In this document: positions 19,776-30,097 of the stretch, piece after piece | Layout of the letters: each line of letters begins with the position of its first letter | Numbering within the stretch: position 1 is the stretch's first letter | IMG/VR virus record: IMGVR_UViG_3300039412_000400 | Location: 1 to 53,143 of that record | Length of the DNA: 53,143 nucleotides | Reading direction: 5' to 3' (one strand) | DNA from: a virus | Taxonomy: Duplodnaviria; Caudoviricetes | Made by a program: the position numbers and the translations under genes | Notes under the pieces: generated by a model | Databases searched by the model: none | Seen by the model: only the letters and a program-made list of their open reading frames with translations | What the model was told of the DNA's origin: nothing

Positions 19776-20471
19776 ATGAACAAACTTTCACGACATCAGC
19801 CAGTTGTTCAGAGACAATCTGAATCTGACGATAATGGTGATCATTGGCTTAAAGAGTTTGAGAATAAGCTCGTTAAAACTAGCGTTCAACCAATTCAGAG
19901 AAGCTTATTCGATCAGATTAGCTCTATTATGAATGGCAGCTCCAAATATTCTTCTGTTCAAGAAAAAGTTAATGATATGCTTGAACGAAGTGGTATGAAG
20001 GCATATATTGATGGTGTAAAAGCAGCTGAACAAAATAAACAAGATAATAAAAAAGTTGCACAACAGATACCTGCCCCAAAACAAACGACACCTGCTGCCG
20101 CCGATGATAATAATGCCAAGAAATCAGATAAAGACGGTAAACAGGTTACAGTTTTAGTGTTTCAGCAGAAGCCTACCATTGCAAATACATTGCGCAATAT
20201 TATCGAATCTTCACGAGGAAATCTTCCAATACCAACCATTATTGATAAACTACACTCTCTTCATCAAAAAGATATTGCAGATGATAATGACTGGGATGAT
20301 GATAATTTAATTCGTGAAGTTAGTAGGCTAAATCTCGAAGCAAAATGCAATAATCCATCAAGTTATGAAGACGATCATGATCTTGGTAGAGCGGATAGCT
20401 CCACTGCTGATTCTGATATTGACGCAAGTAATACAGATGCATTCCACGCGCTTGATACTGCCAGAATGTAA
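19776..20471 (+). CDS. Hypothetical protein
   Basis: Starts 2 nt after the previous stop; KKVAQ and ADDNNA motifs. Confidence 0.75.
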   Translation: MNKLSRHQPVVQRQSESDDNGDHWLKEFENKLVKTSVQPIQRSLFDQISSIMNGSSKYSSVQEKVNDMLERSGMKAYIDGVKAAEQNKQDNKKVAQQIPAPKQTTPAAADDNNAKKSDKDGKQVTVLVFQQKPTIANTLRNIIESSRGNLPIPTIIDKLHSLHQKDIADDNDWDDDNLIREVSRLNLEAKCNNPSSYEDDHDLGRADSSTADSDIDASNTDAFHALDTARM

Positions 20472-20522
20472 AAAAATAAATTGTATATGGGCGTAAATAC
20501 TAATATTTTTGTATGATCTGTT

Positions 20523-22403
20523 ATGAAAACAGAAAATCAAGATCTATTTAGTGAATTCAAGGAAAGACTTCTTAGACTTGATTGTGTGACTTTTTGTGAA
20601 AAATATCTTACTTTAGATGGCTCACCTTTTACGCTGAGTGGGAATGGTTATAAACCCTTCAGTGAGATATACCGATATGTCGGAATTAAGGCTCTTGAGC
20701 CAAGTGCCAAGCCAATTATTATGGTTAAAGGACGTCAGACCGGTGCAACAACAATGGCCTCTGCTCTTGAAATGTATTTCATGGGTAGTGGCCTTTTTGG
20801 TGGCAATAGTGGCCGCCCACCAATTAGAATTATTCATGCTTTTCCACAATTAGAGCATGCCGCAACATACTCAAAGACCAAACTAAGCCAAATGATTTCG
20901 CAGTCAAAAATCATGGATGAAAGCAAAATCGTTAAAGGCGCTCGCCCAAAGTCATATATGCAGAGTCTTTTAGACCAGACAACCGCCACAAATGAATCTT
21001 TGCACTTTAAGCAATTTGTTGGCGGAAACCACTTATTCATTGAATCAACTGGCATTGACTCTGATAGAATCATGGGCCGAACAGCCGATATTCTTTTTTT
21101 TGATGAGGTTCAGAAAATTAGCCCACAGGCCATTGGTAATGCACTTAAAATTTTGACAGCTGCAAAGTATGGCAAACCCTCAAAAGGTGTCCAGGTATAT
21201 TTTGGAACTCCAAGACGTAAAGGCTCAGAGTTCTTTAAGATGTGGCAGAAATCTTCACAGCAATACTACTATCTTGGCTGCGAGAGTTGCAGACAATACT
21301 TCCCGCTTTATACTCCGGGAACAGATGAATGGGAAAAGATTTGGATTCATGGCTACATCGTTAGATGCCCGCATTGTAATCACGAACAAAATAAGTTAGA
21401 AGCAGCCGAGCGTGGCAAGTGGATTTCGACAAAAGATGTAGATGATCCAGATTGTGATATGGTTGGATTCCATATTAATCAACTTTATATGCCAATGTTT
21501 ACAAGAGAAGACATTGAAAAAGAAAAGCCGGGTAACCATCCAATTAATACAGAACGAGTTTTCCAGAATGAAGTTCTTGGAGAGTTTTTCCAGGGAGATT
21601 CGAGTCCTATTACGGCTGATGAAATCAGGGAAGCTTGCGGCGATATTGGAAGACGTTTTAGTGCAACGATTAAATCTACACCGGGACTAACACAGCAAAC
21701 TGCAGTTCTTGGTATTGACTATGGTGCAAGAGCAGACCTTGAACAAGCGGCAGATCCAGAAAAAGCAAAGCAATCTGGCCAATCATATAGCACGGCAGTT
21801 GTTCTTTTGAGCAAGGGTCCGGGGTTATTATCTATCGAGTTCTGCACAAAATTTAAGAAAAACGATCCAGAAAGCAAAAAGGGAATTATTGACCAACTAA
21901 TGAGACAATATAATATTCAGTTGGCAGTTGGAGATATTGGATACTCAAATGACTTCTCATATAATATGCAGATGGCATATGGCGACAGATATCTTGTTTC
22001 ACGTGCAGCTGGCAAACTAAATAACTACGTCAAGTTCAGAACAGACATTATCCCCAAGGAAATACAGTTTGAGCGCGATCATTATATTGCCGAACTATTT
22101 GAGCAAATGAAAAAGGGAATGATTCGATTCCCATTTGGTGATTATGAGCGTATTGCATGGCTTGTTGATCACTGCTCAAGCATGGAACTTAAACCATCTA
22201 TTTCGCGCACAGGCGGAGATCCTGTTGTCCATTATGTTAAGGGAGGCACTCCCAATGACGGATTTATGGCACTGCTTAACGCCTATTTGGCTTATAAGTT
22301 TTTGGTAAGTAAAGGTTTTACAAATAAAGATCCTGGAACCAACTCACTTGATGATCTAAATAAACCTTTAGTTTTAGCAGGATATGTGCCAAGACGAATC
22401 TAA
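20523..22403 (+). CDS. terL: Terminase large subunit (lambda GpA-like)
   Basis: Walker A-like KGRQTGATT, Walker B FFDEVQ, FGTP, a CxxC...CxxC insert, GFHINQLY, NEVLGE, and nuclease GIDYG ... NDG. Confidence 0.92.
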   Translation: MKTENQDLFSEFKERLLRLDCVTFCEKYLTLDGSPFTLSGNGYKPFSEIYRYVGIKALEPSAKPIIMVKGRQTGATTMASALEMYFMGSGLFGGNSGRPPIRIIHAFPQLEHAATYSKTKLSQMISQSKIMDESKIVKGARPKSYMQSLLDQTTATNESLHFKQFVGGNHLFIESTGIDSDRIMGRTADILFFDEVQKISPQAIGNALKILTAAKYGKPSKGVQVYFGTPRRKGSEFFKMWQKSSQQYYYLGCESCRQYFPLYTPGTDEWEKIWIHGYIVRCPHCNHEQNKLEAAERGKWISTKDVDDPDCDMVGFHINQLYMPMFTREDIEKEKPGNHPINTERVFQNEVLGEFFQGDSSPITADEIREACGDIGRRFSATIKSTPGLTQQTAVLGIDYGARADLEQAADPEKAKQSGQSYSTAVVLLSKGPGLLSIEFCTKFKKNDPESKKGIIDQLMRQYNIQLAVGDIGYSNDFSYNMQMAYGDRYLVSRAAGKLNNYVKFRTDIIPKEIQFERDHYIAELFEQMKKGMIRFPFGDYERIAWLVDHCSSMELKPSISRTGGDPVVHYVKGGTPNDGFMALLNAYLAYKFLVSKGFTNKDPGTNSLDDLNKPLVLAGYVPRRI

Positions 22404-22456
22404 AATACTCTTGATATAGTATCTTTATAGCATTGTATTAGGAATGATGAGGACTT

Positions 22457-24364
22457 ATGGGTTTAATTAAAAGATCAGGTTTGGGAAATGATGCGTCGTT
22501 TTCTGCAAGATATTTAGAAAATAGATCTACAGTGCCGCAAGTCAGTGCAATTATGGCCAATAGTATTTCGCAAGAAAGACGCGTAATTCTATCAGATGAG
22601 GTTGAGCAGGGCCGATTTATGGACGGTTCTCAGAGCTACAGCTATCTAAACGGCCGCCCCAACGTCGGAACAGATAATGGAAACGTAATTTGTTCTGTTG
22701 GTTTTAAGAAAAATGCCCAGTCTTTTGGTGGTGGTGGTGGTGGTGGTGGCGGTTTTAATCATGGCATGTCTGGTGACACAATTAAACAGATGCCAGAAGT
22801 TTATTCTCCGCTTTGGTTAAATAGTAATCTTAATATGCCACGAGATCGTGCGACTATAAATGCATGGTGTCGTTCATTTTTTGCGCTTAATCCATTTGTT
22901 CATAATGCAATAAGCCTTCACTCTACATATCCTATTAGTAAATTATCAATCAAATGTCCAAATAAAGATATTGAAAAGTTCTTTAATGATATGATTGAAG
23001 AAATTGATCTTATGAATATTTGTGTCCAGATTGCACAAGAATATTTCCTTCTTGGTGAGGCATTTGTATTTGCAGAGCTAGATGAAGGAAAAGGTAAGTG
23101 GGGAAGACTTCATATTCAGAATCCCGACTATATGATTGTTAAGCGTACAGTGGCAACTAGTGAGCCTATTATTATGTTAAGACCAGATGAAAATCTAAAG
23201 AAAATCATTTTCTCAAATCGTCCAACAGATATTGAACAACGCAAACAACTTAATCAGCACATTATCGAGTCAGTAAGACGTGGAGAAAATATTCCTCTTG
23301 ATAATTTTAACATCTCTCAATTGGCAAGAAGAATCAGCCCTTACGAGATTAGAGGAACGGGTCTTCCAGTTTGTATTTTCCGTCAATTAATGCTTTTTGA
23401 CAAGCTTCGTGAATCAAAGTTTGCACAAGCAGATAATATGATTAATCCTTTAACTGTTGTTAAGATTGGATCAGCAGATTTTAAGCCATCACTTGCGGAT
23501 CTTGAAGCCTGGCGCGCGACTTTTGAAGCAGCCGAATATGATAAGGATTTCAAGATTTTTACTCATGAGGGCGTTGACATTCAGAGAATTGGCTCTGGAC
23601 AAGGTATCTATGACATCTCTGGTGATATAACCCAGCTAATTAAAGAAATTTTAATTGGTCTTGAAGTGCCGCAGGTAATGCTTGATGGTGGCTCTGACAC
23701 AACATATGCCAATGGTGGCGTTGCTTTGGACGTATTGCGCCAGCGCTACATGCAATTCCGTAATATGATGTCAACATGGCTCAAGCGTAAGATTTTTGCT
23801 CCGATATCGAAGATTCAGGGCTTCTTTGATTATTCTGGTGGAGAAAAGCAGCTAATTGTCCCGGAAATTGACTGGAACCATATGTCACTATTTGATGCCG
23901 GTGACTATGTTAATAATCTTGTTCAGTTAAGTCAAGGCGGGCCAGATCAGAAGAGAGTCTCTCTACATACTCTTTATCGCTCTATGGGTCTTGAGATTGA
24001 AGACGAAAATCGAAAGATGCGTCAAGAGAATATTCAGGCAGAGATTGTTAAGAAGGAAGTTTCCGCTCTCGCGACAATGACACTTAACGCCCTACGTTCG
24101 TTGGATGATGAGGATGAGATTCCAGAGCCACCAGCACAGGTTGCACAGCCAGAAGCACCACTTCCAGGTGAAACTCCAGGTGGAGCGGGCGGCGGAATGC
24201 CAGACCTTGGACTTGGAGGAGGTTCCGCGCCTTCAATACCACCTATGCCGCCAAATAGTGGCGGTAGTTCGGCGCCTCCATCGCCTACACTTCCAACGCC
24301 CCCAATTAGCTCTAAACCAACAGGCGAATCTGCGGCACTACCGCCTCTTCCTCCAACTAAATAA
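22457..24364 (+). CDS. Portal protein
   Basis: Follows terL. NPFVHNAI..HSTYP, EYFLLGEAF, QNPDY, RGTGL, GLEVP and ANG..AL are portal-like motifs; Pro/Gly-rich tail. Confidence 0.85.
   Translation: MGLIKRSGLGNDASFSARYLENRSTVPQVSAIMANSISQERRVILSDEVEQGRFMDGSQSYSYLNGRPNVGTDNGNVICSVGFKKNAQSFGGGGGGGGGFNHGMSGDTIKQMPEVYSPLWLNSNLNMPRDRATINAWCRSFFALNPFVHNAISLHSTYPISKLSIKCPNKDIEKFFNDMIEEIDLMNICVQIAQEYFLLGEAFVFAELDEGKGKWGRLHIQNPDYMIVKRTVATSEPIIMLRPDENLKKIIFSNRPTDIEQRKQLNQHIIESVRRGENIPLDNFNISQLARRISPYEIRGTGLPVCIFRQLMLFDKLRESKFAQADNMINPLTVVKIGSADFKPSLADLEAWRATFEAAEYDKDFKIFTHEGVDIQRIGSGQGIYDISGDITQLIKEILIGLEVPQVMLDGGSDTTYANGGVALDVLRQRYMQFRNMMSTWLKRKIFAPISKIQGFFDYSGGEKQLIVPEIDWNHMSLFDAGDYVNNLVQLSQGGPDQKRVSLHTLYRSMGLEIEDENRKMRQENIQAEIVKKEVSALATMTLNALRSLDDEDEIPEPPAQVAQPEAPLPGETPGGAGGGMPDLGLGGGSAPSIPPMPPNSGGSSAPPSPTLPTPPISSKPTGESAALPPLPPTK
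22727..22753 (+). repeat. (GGT)7-GGC-GGT trinucleotide run encoding Gly9 in the portal
   Basis: Read directly from the sequence. Confidence 0.9.
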
Positions 24365-24374
24365 GTAAAAAAAT

Positions 24375-24794
24375 ATGAGAAAATGTAGAATCTGTAATAT
24401 TGAACTTACTAATGAAAATACTCATAATTATACAACAAAACAGCACCGCATATGTAAAGAGTGCGAAAGAAAGAGAAAAAATGATAAAAATTATAAAGAC
24501 AAAATCGCCCTTATAAAAGAATATGGCGGAAAATGCGTTTGTTGTGGAGAATTTGAGCCTATTTTTCTGACTATAGATCATATAAATGAAGATGGAGCTA
24601 AACATAGAAAAGAAAATGGCATATATGCTGGCGCAAGTTTTTATAGATGGCTTAAACAACAAGGATATCCAAAAGATAATTATCAAGTTTTATGTTTTAA
24701 TTGTAATTTTGCAAAACATGTATTAGGTAAATGTCCTCATCAACTCCCACCAGCAGGAGGCGCACCACCGCCACCCCCACCGCCAGCAAAATAA
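24375..24794 (+). CDS. HNH homing endonuclease with a Pro-rich tail
   Basis: YGGKCVCCGE...LTIDHI..DG..HR...YQVLCFNCN.AK...CPH. Confidence 0.88.
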   Translation: MRKCRICNIELTNENTHNYTTKQHRICKECERKRKNDKNYKDKIALIKEYGGKCVCCGEFEPIFLTIDHINEDGAKHRKENGIYAGASFYRWLKQQGYPKDNYQVLCFNCNFAKHVLGKCPHQLPPAGGAPPPPPPPAK

Positions 24795-24862
24795 ATTAAG
24801 CTTATCTCTATTTACCAATAATTAGACATAGTTTTAGTTATTATACAAATCGGAAGGGTTTC

Positions 24863-26137
24863 ATGGACAAAACTGCTCAACGAAGAGGCATCTTAAATAA
24901 GATAAGGGAAAAGGCAAATATACCTAAATCTTATCTCGAAAGATATTTCCAACCCGAATTAAAAAAAGCAATGGAAGCAATCATTGCTGTTGATAATAAG
25001 GTGCGTGCTGAACTAACCGGATCTGTTATTGAAAAAGTTCATCCAGAAGATAAAATATCTGCCAAAGAACTAATTAAAAGTGCTCGCTCTCATTTTAATA
25101 GAAGAGAATATATGCCTGGTATAGCAGATCTTGCACATTTTCGTAAGAAGATGGTTCTTGTATCACAGGCAATTAATTCACTCAAAGACGATACGCTTGG
25201 TATTGATTTTGAGAAAGTTCATCACAAGTATTTATTTGATGAATTTCCAGATGAAAGTTTAGAGCAACTCAAACAACACGTTCAGCTTAAAGCAGAAGAT
25301 GAATCGAATATTATTATAAAAGAAGCCGGCATTTTTGATACCGTGCATAATGTTGTTACAGAAAAGGGCCGCTCACTTTCTCGTTGGGAAAGACAAAATC
25401 AAAAAGCAACAGAAAAGCTAAGAAAAGATGGTATGAAGCTTATTGATGCTGCACAAGGTCTTTTGAGTGAAGTAATTTCAGATCTAAAAACCATGGCACA
25501 TCATAGGGCCGTTCGAGAGCCACAACAATATGTTGAAACGGCCAAAAATATTGTAACAAAATTTAGTAAGCAATTTGATGCTCCATTTACTACGTATTAT
25601 TCAACTATTGTTGAGCCGCGCATACAGCAACATGAAAAGATTATGGCTCAGGAAAAAGCTAAAGCAGAAGCAGAGGCTGCAAAATTACAGCCGCAAGAAC
25701 AACCGCCACAAGCTGGATTGCCGCCTATTCCAGATCTTGATTTACAGACTCCACAAGCTACAACGCCATCTGGGCCACCAGAAAATGTTCCTCCAATGCT
25801 TGGCGGACCGGAGGCACCACCTCCACCACAAACACCTCAATTTACTGCCGAATTAGAAGCGTCTCAACCAAAACCAGTTCAAGCGCCAATGCCAGTAGAA
25901 ACGGTAAGAGAGCTTGATCCAAGTGAGGTGCCACCGTCAGTATTGGACATGGTAAATAAACTAAATGCTCGAAAAAAGGCAAAAACCGAATTTTTTAATT
26001 CGCTCAAAGTATTTGCAGATGAAGATCCTACATTTTTAGCAAACTATATTCTTAAATATGCCAGATCAATTCAGCATGAAGATTTAGAAACGGCAGTGAA
26101 GCTATTTAACATCGTGAAACAAATTAAAAGAGGATAA
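24863..26137 (+). CDS. Hypothetical protein with a Pro-rich linker
   Basis: Begins MDKTAQ and contains IIKEAG; preceded by the YAATA-N5-RYAT motif. Confidence 0.75.
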   Translation: MDKTAQRRGILNKIREKANIPKSYLERYFQPELKKAMEAIIAVDNKVRAELTGSVIEKVHPEDKISAKELIKSARSHFNRREYMPGIADLAHFRKKMVLVSQAINSLKDDTLGIDFEKVHHKYLFDEFPDESLEQLKQHVQLKAEDESNIIIKEAGIFDTVHNVVTEKGRSLSRWERQNQKATEKLRKDGMKLIDAAQGLLSEVISDLKTMAHHRAVREPQQYVETAKNIVTKFSKQFDAPFTTYYSTIVEPRIQQHEKIMAQEKAKAEAEAAKLQPQEQPPQAGLPPIPDLDLQTPQATTPSGPPENVPPMLGGPEAPPPPQTPQFTAELEASQPKPVQAPMPVETVRELDPSEVPPSVLDMVNKLNARKKAKTEFFNSLKVFADEDPTFLANYILKYARSIQHEDLETAVKLFNIVKQIKRG

Positions 26138-26138
26138 A

Positions 26139-27245
26139 ATGTTGGGATCTAATTTTTATCCAAAGTTAGTTGAGATGTGTAGAGATGTTGGTATGAAGCC
26201 AGAAGATCTTCTTGCAGTTATGAAGTTTGAGTCTGGTTTTAGCCCATCAGCATATAATAAAGATGGTGGAGCAAGCGGACTAATTCAATTTATGCCACAA
26301 ACTTTACGTAGTATTGGTTTTCCAGGATCTGCTGCCGATTTTAGAAGACTTTCTGGTGAAGAACAATTGCCTTGGATAAAAAAATATATTCAAGATAAAG
26401 GTATGAAGTTTAAGTCGGCACATAAGTACTATGTAGCTAACTTATTTCCGGTTGCACTTAATTTGCCAGGTGTTAAAAATGAAGACCCAAATACCCCAAT
26501 TTTAGAGCAAAATCCAGAGAGCTTACCAAATGGTTTAAGCAAAAAGTATTCAGATATAGGAGCAAAGGTTAGCGCGTCATTTGAAAGAGCGGCTTATAAA
26601 TCTAATCGTGGTTTAGATCATGGCTCTAAGGGAAGCATTACCTATGGTGATTTAATGAAAACTATGGATGATTCTAAAAACTCTAAATCGTTTCAATTGG
26701 CCATATCACAAATGCAATCAAGTACTGGATATCAACCATCTGAATCAGCACCAACTCCAGAGCCATCTATGGTGGCGTCAAAAATACCTACCAAACCATC
26801 AACATCATTAGTTGGTATGTTAGAAAAACTAAATCAAGAGTTCAGTATTGCCGCAGGGCAAAGCCTAAAACATATTTATAAACGGGCCCTGCCAAATCAT
26901 GATGTCCTTATACAGATTTCTGCGCCAGATTATGCTTCTGCTGTAGAGTTTTCTCGTGTGTTATGTGCCGCGTTAGATGAGAATCTCTTATCAACATCAT
27001 ATCCGCATACAGATGGAAGCAAAGTAGAAATAGAGTGCTCAATAAATGGTCCAGAACAAGAATGTTTTAATGCTATTCAAGAAATGTCAGGACTAATTGT
27101 TGATGTTTTTAAGGAAGCCACCAAAAAAATTGGAGGAATTGTAGTTAAAGCCGATTGTATTATGAATAAAAAGTCATCTTATCAACCGATTAATGTAAAA
27201 ACTGCATGTATTAATTATAGAATATTTCAACTAAAGTTTATCTGA
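26139..27245 (+). CDS. Lytic transglycosylase (SLT-like) domain protein, probably virion-associated
   Basis: LLAVMKFESGF.P.A.N...ASGLIQFMPQT gives the catalytic ES and GLxQ motifs. Confidence 0.85.
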   Translation: MLGSNFYPKLVEMCRDVGMKPEDLLAVMKFESGFSPSAYNKDGGASGLIQFMPQTLRSIGFPGSAADFRRLSGEEQLPWIKKYIQDKGMKFKSAHKYYVANLFPVALNLPGVKNEDPNTPILEQNPESLPNGLSKKYSDIGAKVSASFERAAYKSNRGLDHGSKGSITYGDLMKTMDDSKNSKSFQLAISQMQSSTGYQPSESAPTPEPSMVASKIPTKPSTSLVGMLEKLNQEFSIAAGQSLKHIYKRALPNHDVLIQISAPDYASAVEFSRVLCAALDENLLSTSYPHTDGSKVEIECSINGPEQECFNAIQEMSGLIVDVFKEATKKIGGIVVKADCIMNKKSSYQPINVKTACINYRIFQLKFI

Positions 27246-27258
27246 AGGAAAAACTACA

Positions 27259-27675
27259 ATGGTTACAGAAAAACAAATAAAAGATACTGTTCAACAGCTT
27301 CAAGGTTCAGGTAAAACTTTTGCCGAGTTTCTTGCAGAGATTTTTAAGGATAAATTTATAGAGATTTATGTTGGCGACTCTTATGAAGACCTAAGCACAG
27401 AACAAGTTAGCACTCCTTATCCAGCAGTATTTTGTGGAAAAGTTATTGCCGCTTATCGGGAGTGCCTTGTAATAAGTTGTGCTTATGTTAGAAACCACCA
27501 TCTTAAGCTTGGTAATATACTTTTTATTAATGAAAGAGCAATTAGGGCGTTAAATGAGATTGATGGAAATGGAATTATGGAAGAAATGATGATGAGAAGC
27601 AAAGAATCACTTGCCATCAAAGATGTTTTCATTGATACCAATAAAAAAGCAGACGATATAAAAATTAAAAGATGA
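27259..27675 (+). CDS. Hypothetical protein, possible Sm/SH3-like beta barrel
   Basis: AAGGA SD; alternating beta-strand pattern (KFIEIYV...GKVIAAY..CLVI...LFINERAI). Confidence 0.6.
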   Translation: MVTEKQIKDTVQQLQGSGKTFAEFLAEIFKDKFIEIYVGDSYEDLSTEQVSTPYPAVFCGKVIAAYRECLVISCAYVRNHHLKLGNILFINERAIRALNEIDGNGIMEEMMMRSKESLAIKDVFIDTNKKADDIKIKR

Positions 27676-28403
27676 ACAATGTTGATATCCTCTTAAAATT
27701 TGCCGACATCTATGAAGGTAGATGTTTAGAGGCGCTGGCAAAGATTAGAAAATTGCCAAGCGGCGAATATAGAGTATTATCTCAAAAAGGCAAAAATCTT
27801 GGAACATGTAAATCTCGCAAGGGCGCAGAAAAACGTCTTGCAGAGGTTGAAATGTTTAAGCATATGGACAAGAATAAAATAGATGACAGCAAAATTATCG
27901 ATCTAACTGATATTGATGACTTTGCTTTATCTGCAATTATGCGAAAGCTTCGTGAAAAATCTGAACCTGAAATTGCTAAACAATTTTTGCAACTATTTAA
28001 GAAACATTTTGATAATGCAGTTAAGAACAAAATTCACAAACCAGATAGAGTGGCACTTCAGAAGGCATTATTGTCATTTAGCAAGCTGCACAAAGTAAAA
28101 CTTAATAAAAAGATGGTTAAAACAGCAGCAATATCTGAACTTGGCAATGCAGAACAAGTTGGAAGATACCTTTCAGATATTGTTAAATTTACTTTACAGC
28201 GCATTCCTCCTGCAAAGCGTCCTTGGGCAATTCAGAGACTTAAACACAAGTTTGATACGTTGAGTGAAATGGAGATAGCATCCAAGCATCTGCCATCTTC
28301 GAGCGCCTTGGGTCAATCTATAACATTCGTTAAGCATGTTCTGTTTAACCATGATGCTACATACATACGAAACGTCCTAAACAGTCTTGTGAGGAGCCTA
28401 TGA
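27672..28403 (+). CDS. Hypothetical basic protein
   Basis: Coupled start; GEYRVLS.KGKNLGT..S...A.KRL..VE.FKH module and MVKTAA. Confidence 0.75.
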   Translation: MNNVDILLKFADIYEGRCLEALAKIRKLPSGEYRVLSQKGKNLGTCKSRKGAEKRLAEVEMFKHMDKNKIDDSKIIDLTDIDDFALSAIMRKLREKSEPEIAKQFLQLFKKHFDNAVKNKIHKPDRVALQKALLSFSKLHKVKLNKKMVKTAAISELGNAEQVGRYLSDIVKFTLQRIPPAKRPWAIQRLKHKFDTLSEMEIASKHLPSSSALGQSITFVKHVLFNHDATYIRNVLNSLVRSL

Positions 28404-29173
28404 TTCATCGTTTTCGAGAAGTCGTGCCGGGCGTCCTTTATAGAGGTTCCGCTCCATCACCGCTTGATGTTAAAGAGCTAAAAAATAAGCTTGGTATTAA
28501 GAAAATTGTGAGTTTGGATAAAGATACAGGCGAAAAAATAGACAGGGCCTGTAAGTTGCTTGATATTGAACACATTAAGATGTATATTGATACAACAAAT
28601 GCTAAAAATCAAAAGAAACACCTATTACGATTGCTGACGCGAGATTTAAGAAGAACATTTTTAGAGGAAGGTCCAACATTTGTTCATTGTCTTCACGGAA
28701 AAGACAGAACTGGCCTCGTTTGTGCCATTATAGAGTGCAAATTTTTTGGAGAGTCTCCAGAAAAGGCCATTCATAGAGCAAAATCTCTTGGATTTGGTAT
28801 TGGGGTGCCGCCAGAGGTTGTTCATCTCTATGAAAGCGTCATTAAATCATGCAAACCATTAAAAGATGATAATAGTGCAGATATAGTTGGTAATGAAAGA
28901 GAATATATTAGCGATAATCGTTCAAGTATGTTAGATGAGGCATATCGGCATTCATTTGCTCCATATTTAGACACAACAAGAACAGACGCGCCCTATAATT
29001 CAATAAATGATCAAAGCATGACGCGCAGTAATTATAAACTTGACGAACTATTAGATAAAGTTCAAGATTATTACCAATCGAGCACGATACCAGATGTTGG
29101 CGTTTTTAATAATGATGCAGGTATGATGGCGGCAGGCCCAACCCTTAATCAGACGGGATTTGTTTATGCATAA
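28400..29173 (+). CDS. Protein tyrosine/dual-specificity phosphatase
   Basis: LYRGSAP, GIKKIVSL, and P-loop VHCLHGKDRTG (HCx5R). Confidence 0.9.
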   Translation: MIHRFREVVPGVLYRGSAPSPLDVKELKNKLGIKKIVSLDKDTGEKIDRACKLLDIEHIKMYIDTTNAKNQKKHLLRLLTRDLRRTFLEEGPTFVHCLHGKDRTGLVCAIIECKFFGESPEKAIHRAKSLGFGIGVPPEVVHLYESVIKSCKPLKDDNSADIVGNEREYISDNRSSMLDEAYRHSFAPYLDTTRTDAPYNSINDQSMTRSNYKLDELLDKVQDYYQSSTIPDVGVFNNDAGMMAAGPTLNQTGFVYA

Positions 29174-29196
29174 TCTCATATTTTGTTTAGGATAAA

Positions 29197-29847
29197 ATGA
29201 TTAAATTGTCTTATAGCACACAAATGTCATATAAAGTGACCGATGCTGAAAAACATCAGGCTGAACAGGCCCTTTTGTATTTTAATGCTGCTGGAAAAAC
29301 ACTGACAGATGCACAAGACTATCTAAACGTTATGAAAACGCCATTTAAGGACAATCAGGACATGGCTCCGGATGATGTTTGGAAAGCAAGGCCCGTTGTT
29401 CGTCGTTTTAGAGATACAGCAATTGATAAATTCAATATATTTAAGAGAGATGCATTTAAGTGTGTTGATCTTATGCAGATTTTCTCAACAGATACCCAAA
29501 CATTAAAACTTATTAAATCTTTTATATCTGCTATTGATGAACTTGAAGTATCAGTTAATAGTTTTGTAGATTTATTTAATGATTTACAGGCAAAAAACTT
29601 TGTAACTGATGCTGTTGCAAGTATTGAGACAATTCAGAAACAATGTGATGATATTGATGAAATTATTGATGAAAGAATCAAATCTCATATTCAGACAAAT
29701 ATATTGGCGACAAGTTGGGTTGATACAATTGGTAATGACCTTGATATGAAAATTGAAAAGAAAACTCCGCTAATTTTAGATTTGTATAATAAACGTCAAG
29801 AACAACTAAATGATGCGGTTGAAGAAAGAGGCAGAGTTGGAGTATAA
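29197..29847 (+). CDS. Hypothetical helical protein
   Basis: AGGA SD; 216-aa ORF. Confidence 0.75.
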   Translation: MIKLSYSTQMSYKVTDAEKHQAEQALLYFNAAGKTLTDAQDYLNVMKTPFKDNQDMAPDDVWKARPVVRRFRDTAIDKFNIFKRDAFKCVDLMQIFSTDTQTLKLIKSFISAIDELEVSVNSFVDLFNDLQAKNFVTDAVASIETIQKQCDDIDEIIDERIKSHIQTNILATSWVDTIGNDLDMKIEKKTPLILDLYNKRQEQLNDAVEERGRVGV

Positions 29848-29938
29848 AATAGCTAATATTATTGCATAAAAGTTGTGCCATAATTCAGAATCGTAGTAAT
29901 ATCACATTATAGCTATATACGGCACATGGAGAAAGAGT

Positions 29939-30094
29939 ATGAGTTTTATTAAAAATGGTGACGGTAAAATAACTGATGTCTTTGATGAAGACGGCCTTAC
30001 AGAGGAACAGAAAAAGTCTGTAAAGGAAATGTCAGAAAAGAAGGTTGCCAAAGAGGAAGAGCCTTCTAAAGTAGTTAAGAAATCAGGGAGCTAA
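29939..30094 (+). CDS. Small 51-aa protein missing from the ORF track
   Basis: GGAG SD upstream; translates as MSFIKNGDGKITDVFDEDGLTEEQKKSVKEMSEKKVAKEEEPSKVVKKSGS and stops 3 nt before the protease ATG. Confidence 0.7.
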   Translation: MSFIKNGDGKITDVFDEDGLTEEQKKSVKEMSEKKVAKEEEPSKVVKKSGS

Positions 30095-30097
30095 CAT

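Noticed and set aside
20523-22403. Inteins in terminase, RecA, primase or capsid
   Set aside because: Lengths are normal, and no C-...-HN-[CST] splice junctions or embedded endonuclease motifs were seen.
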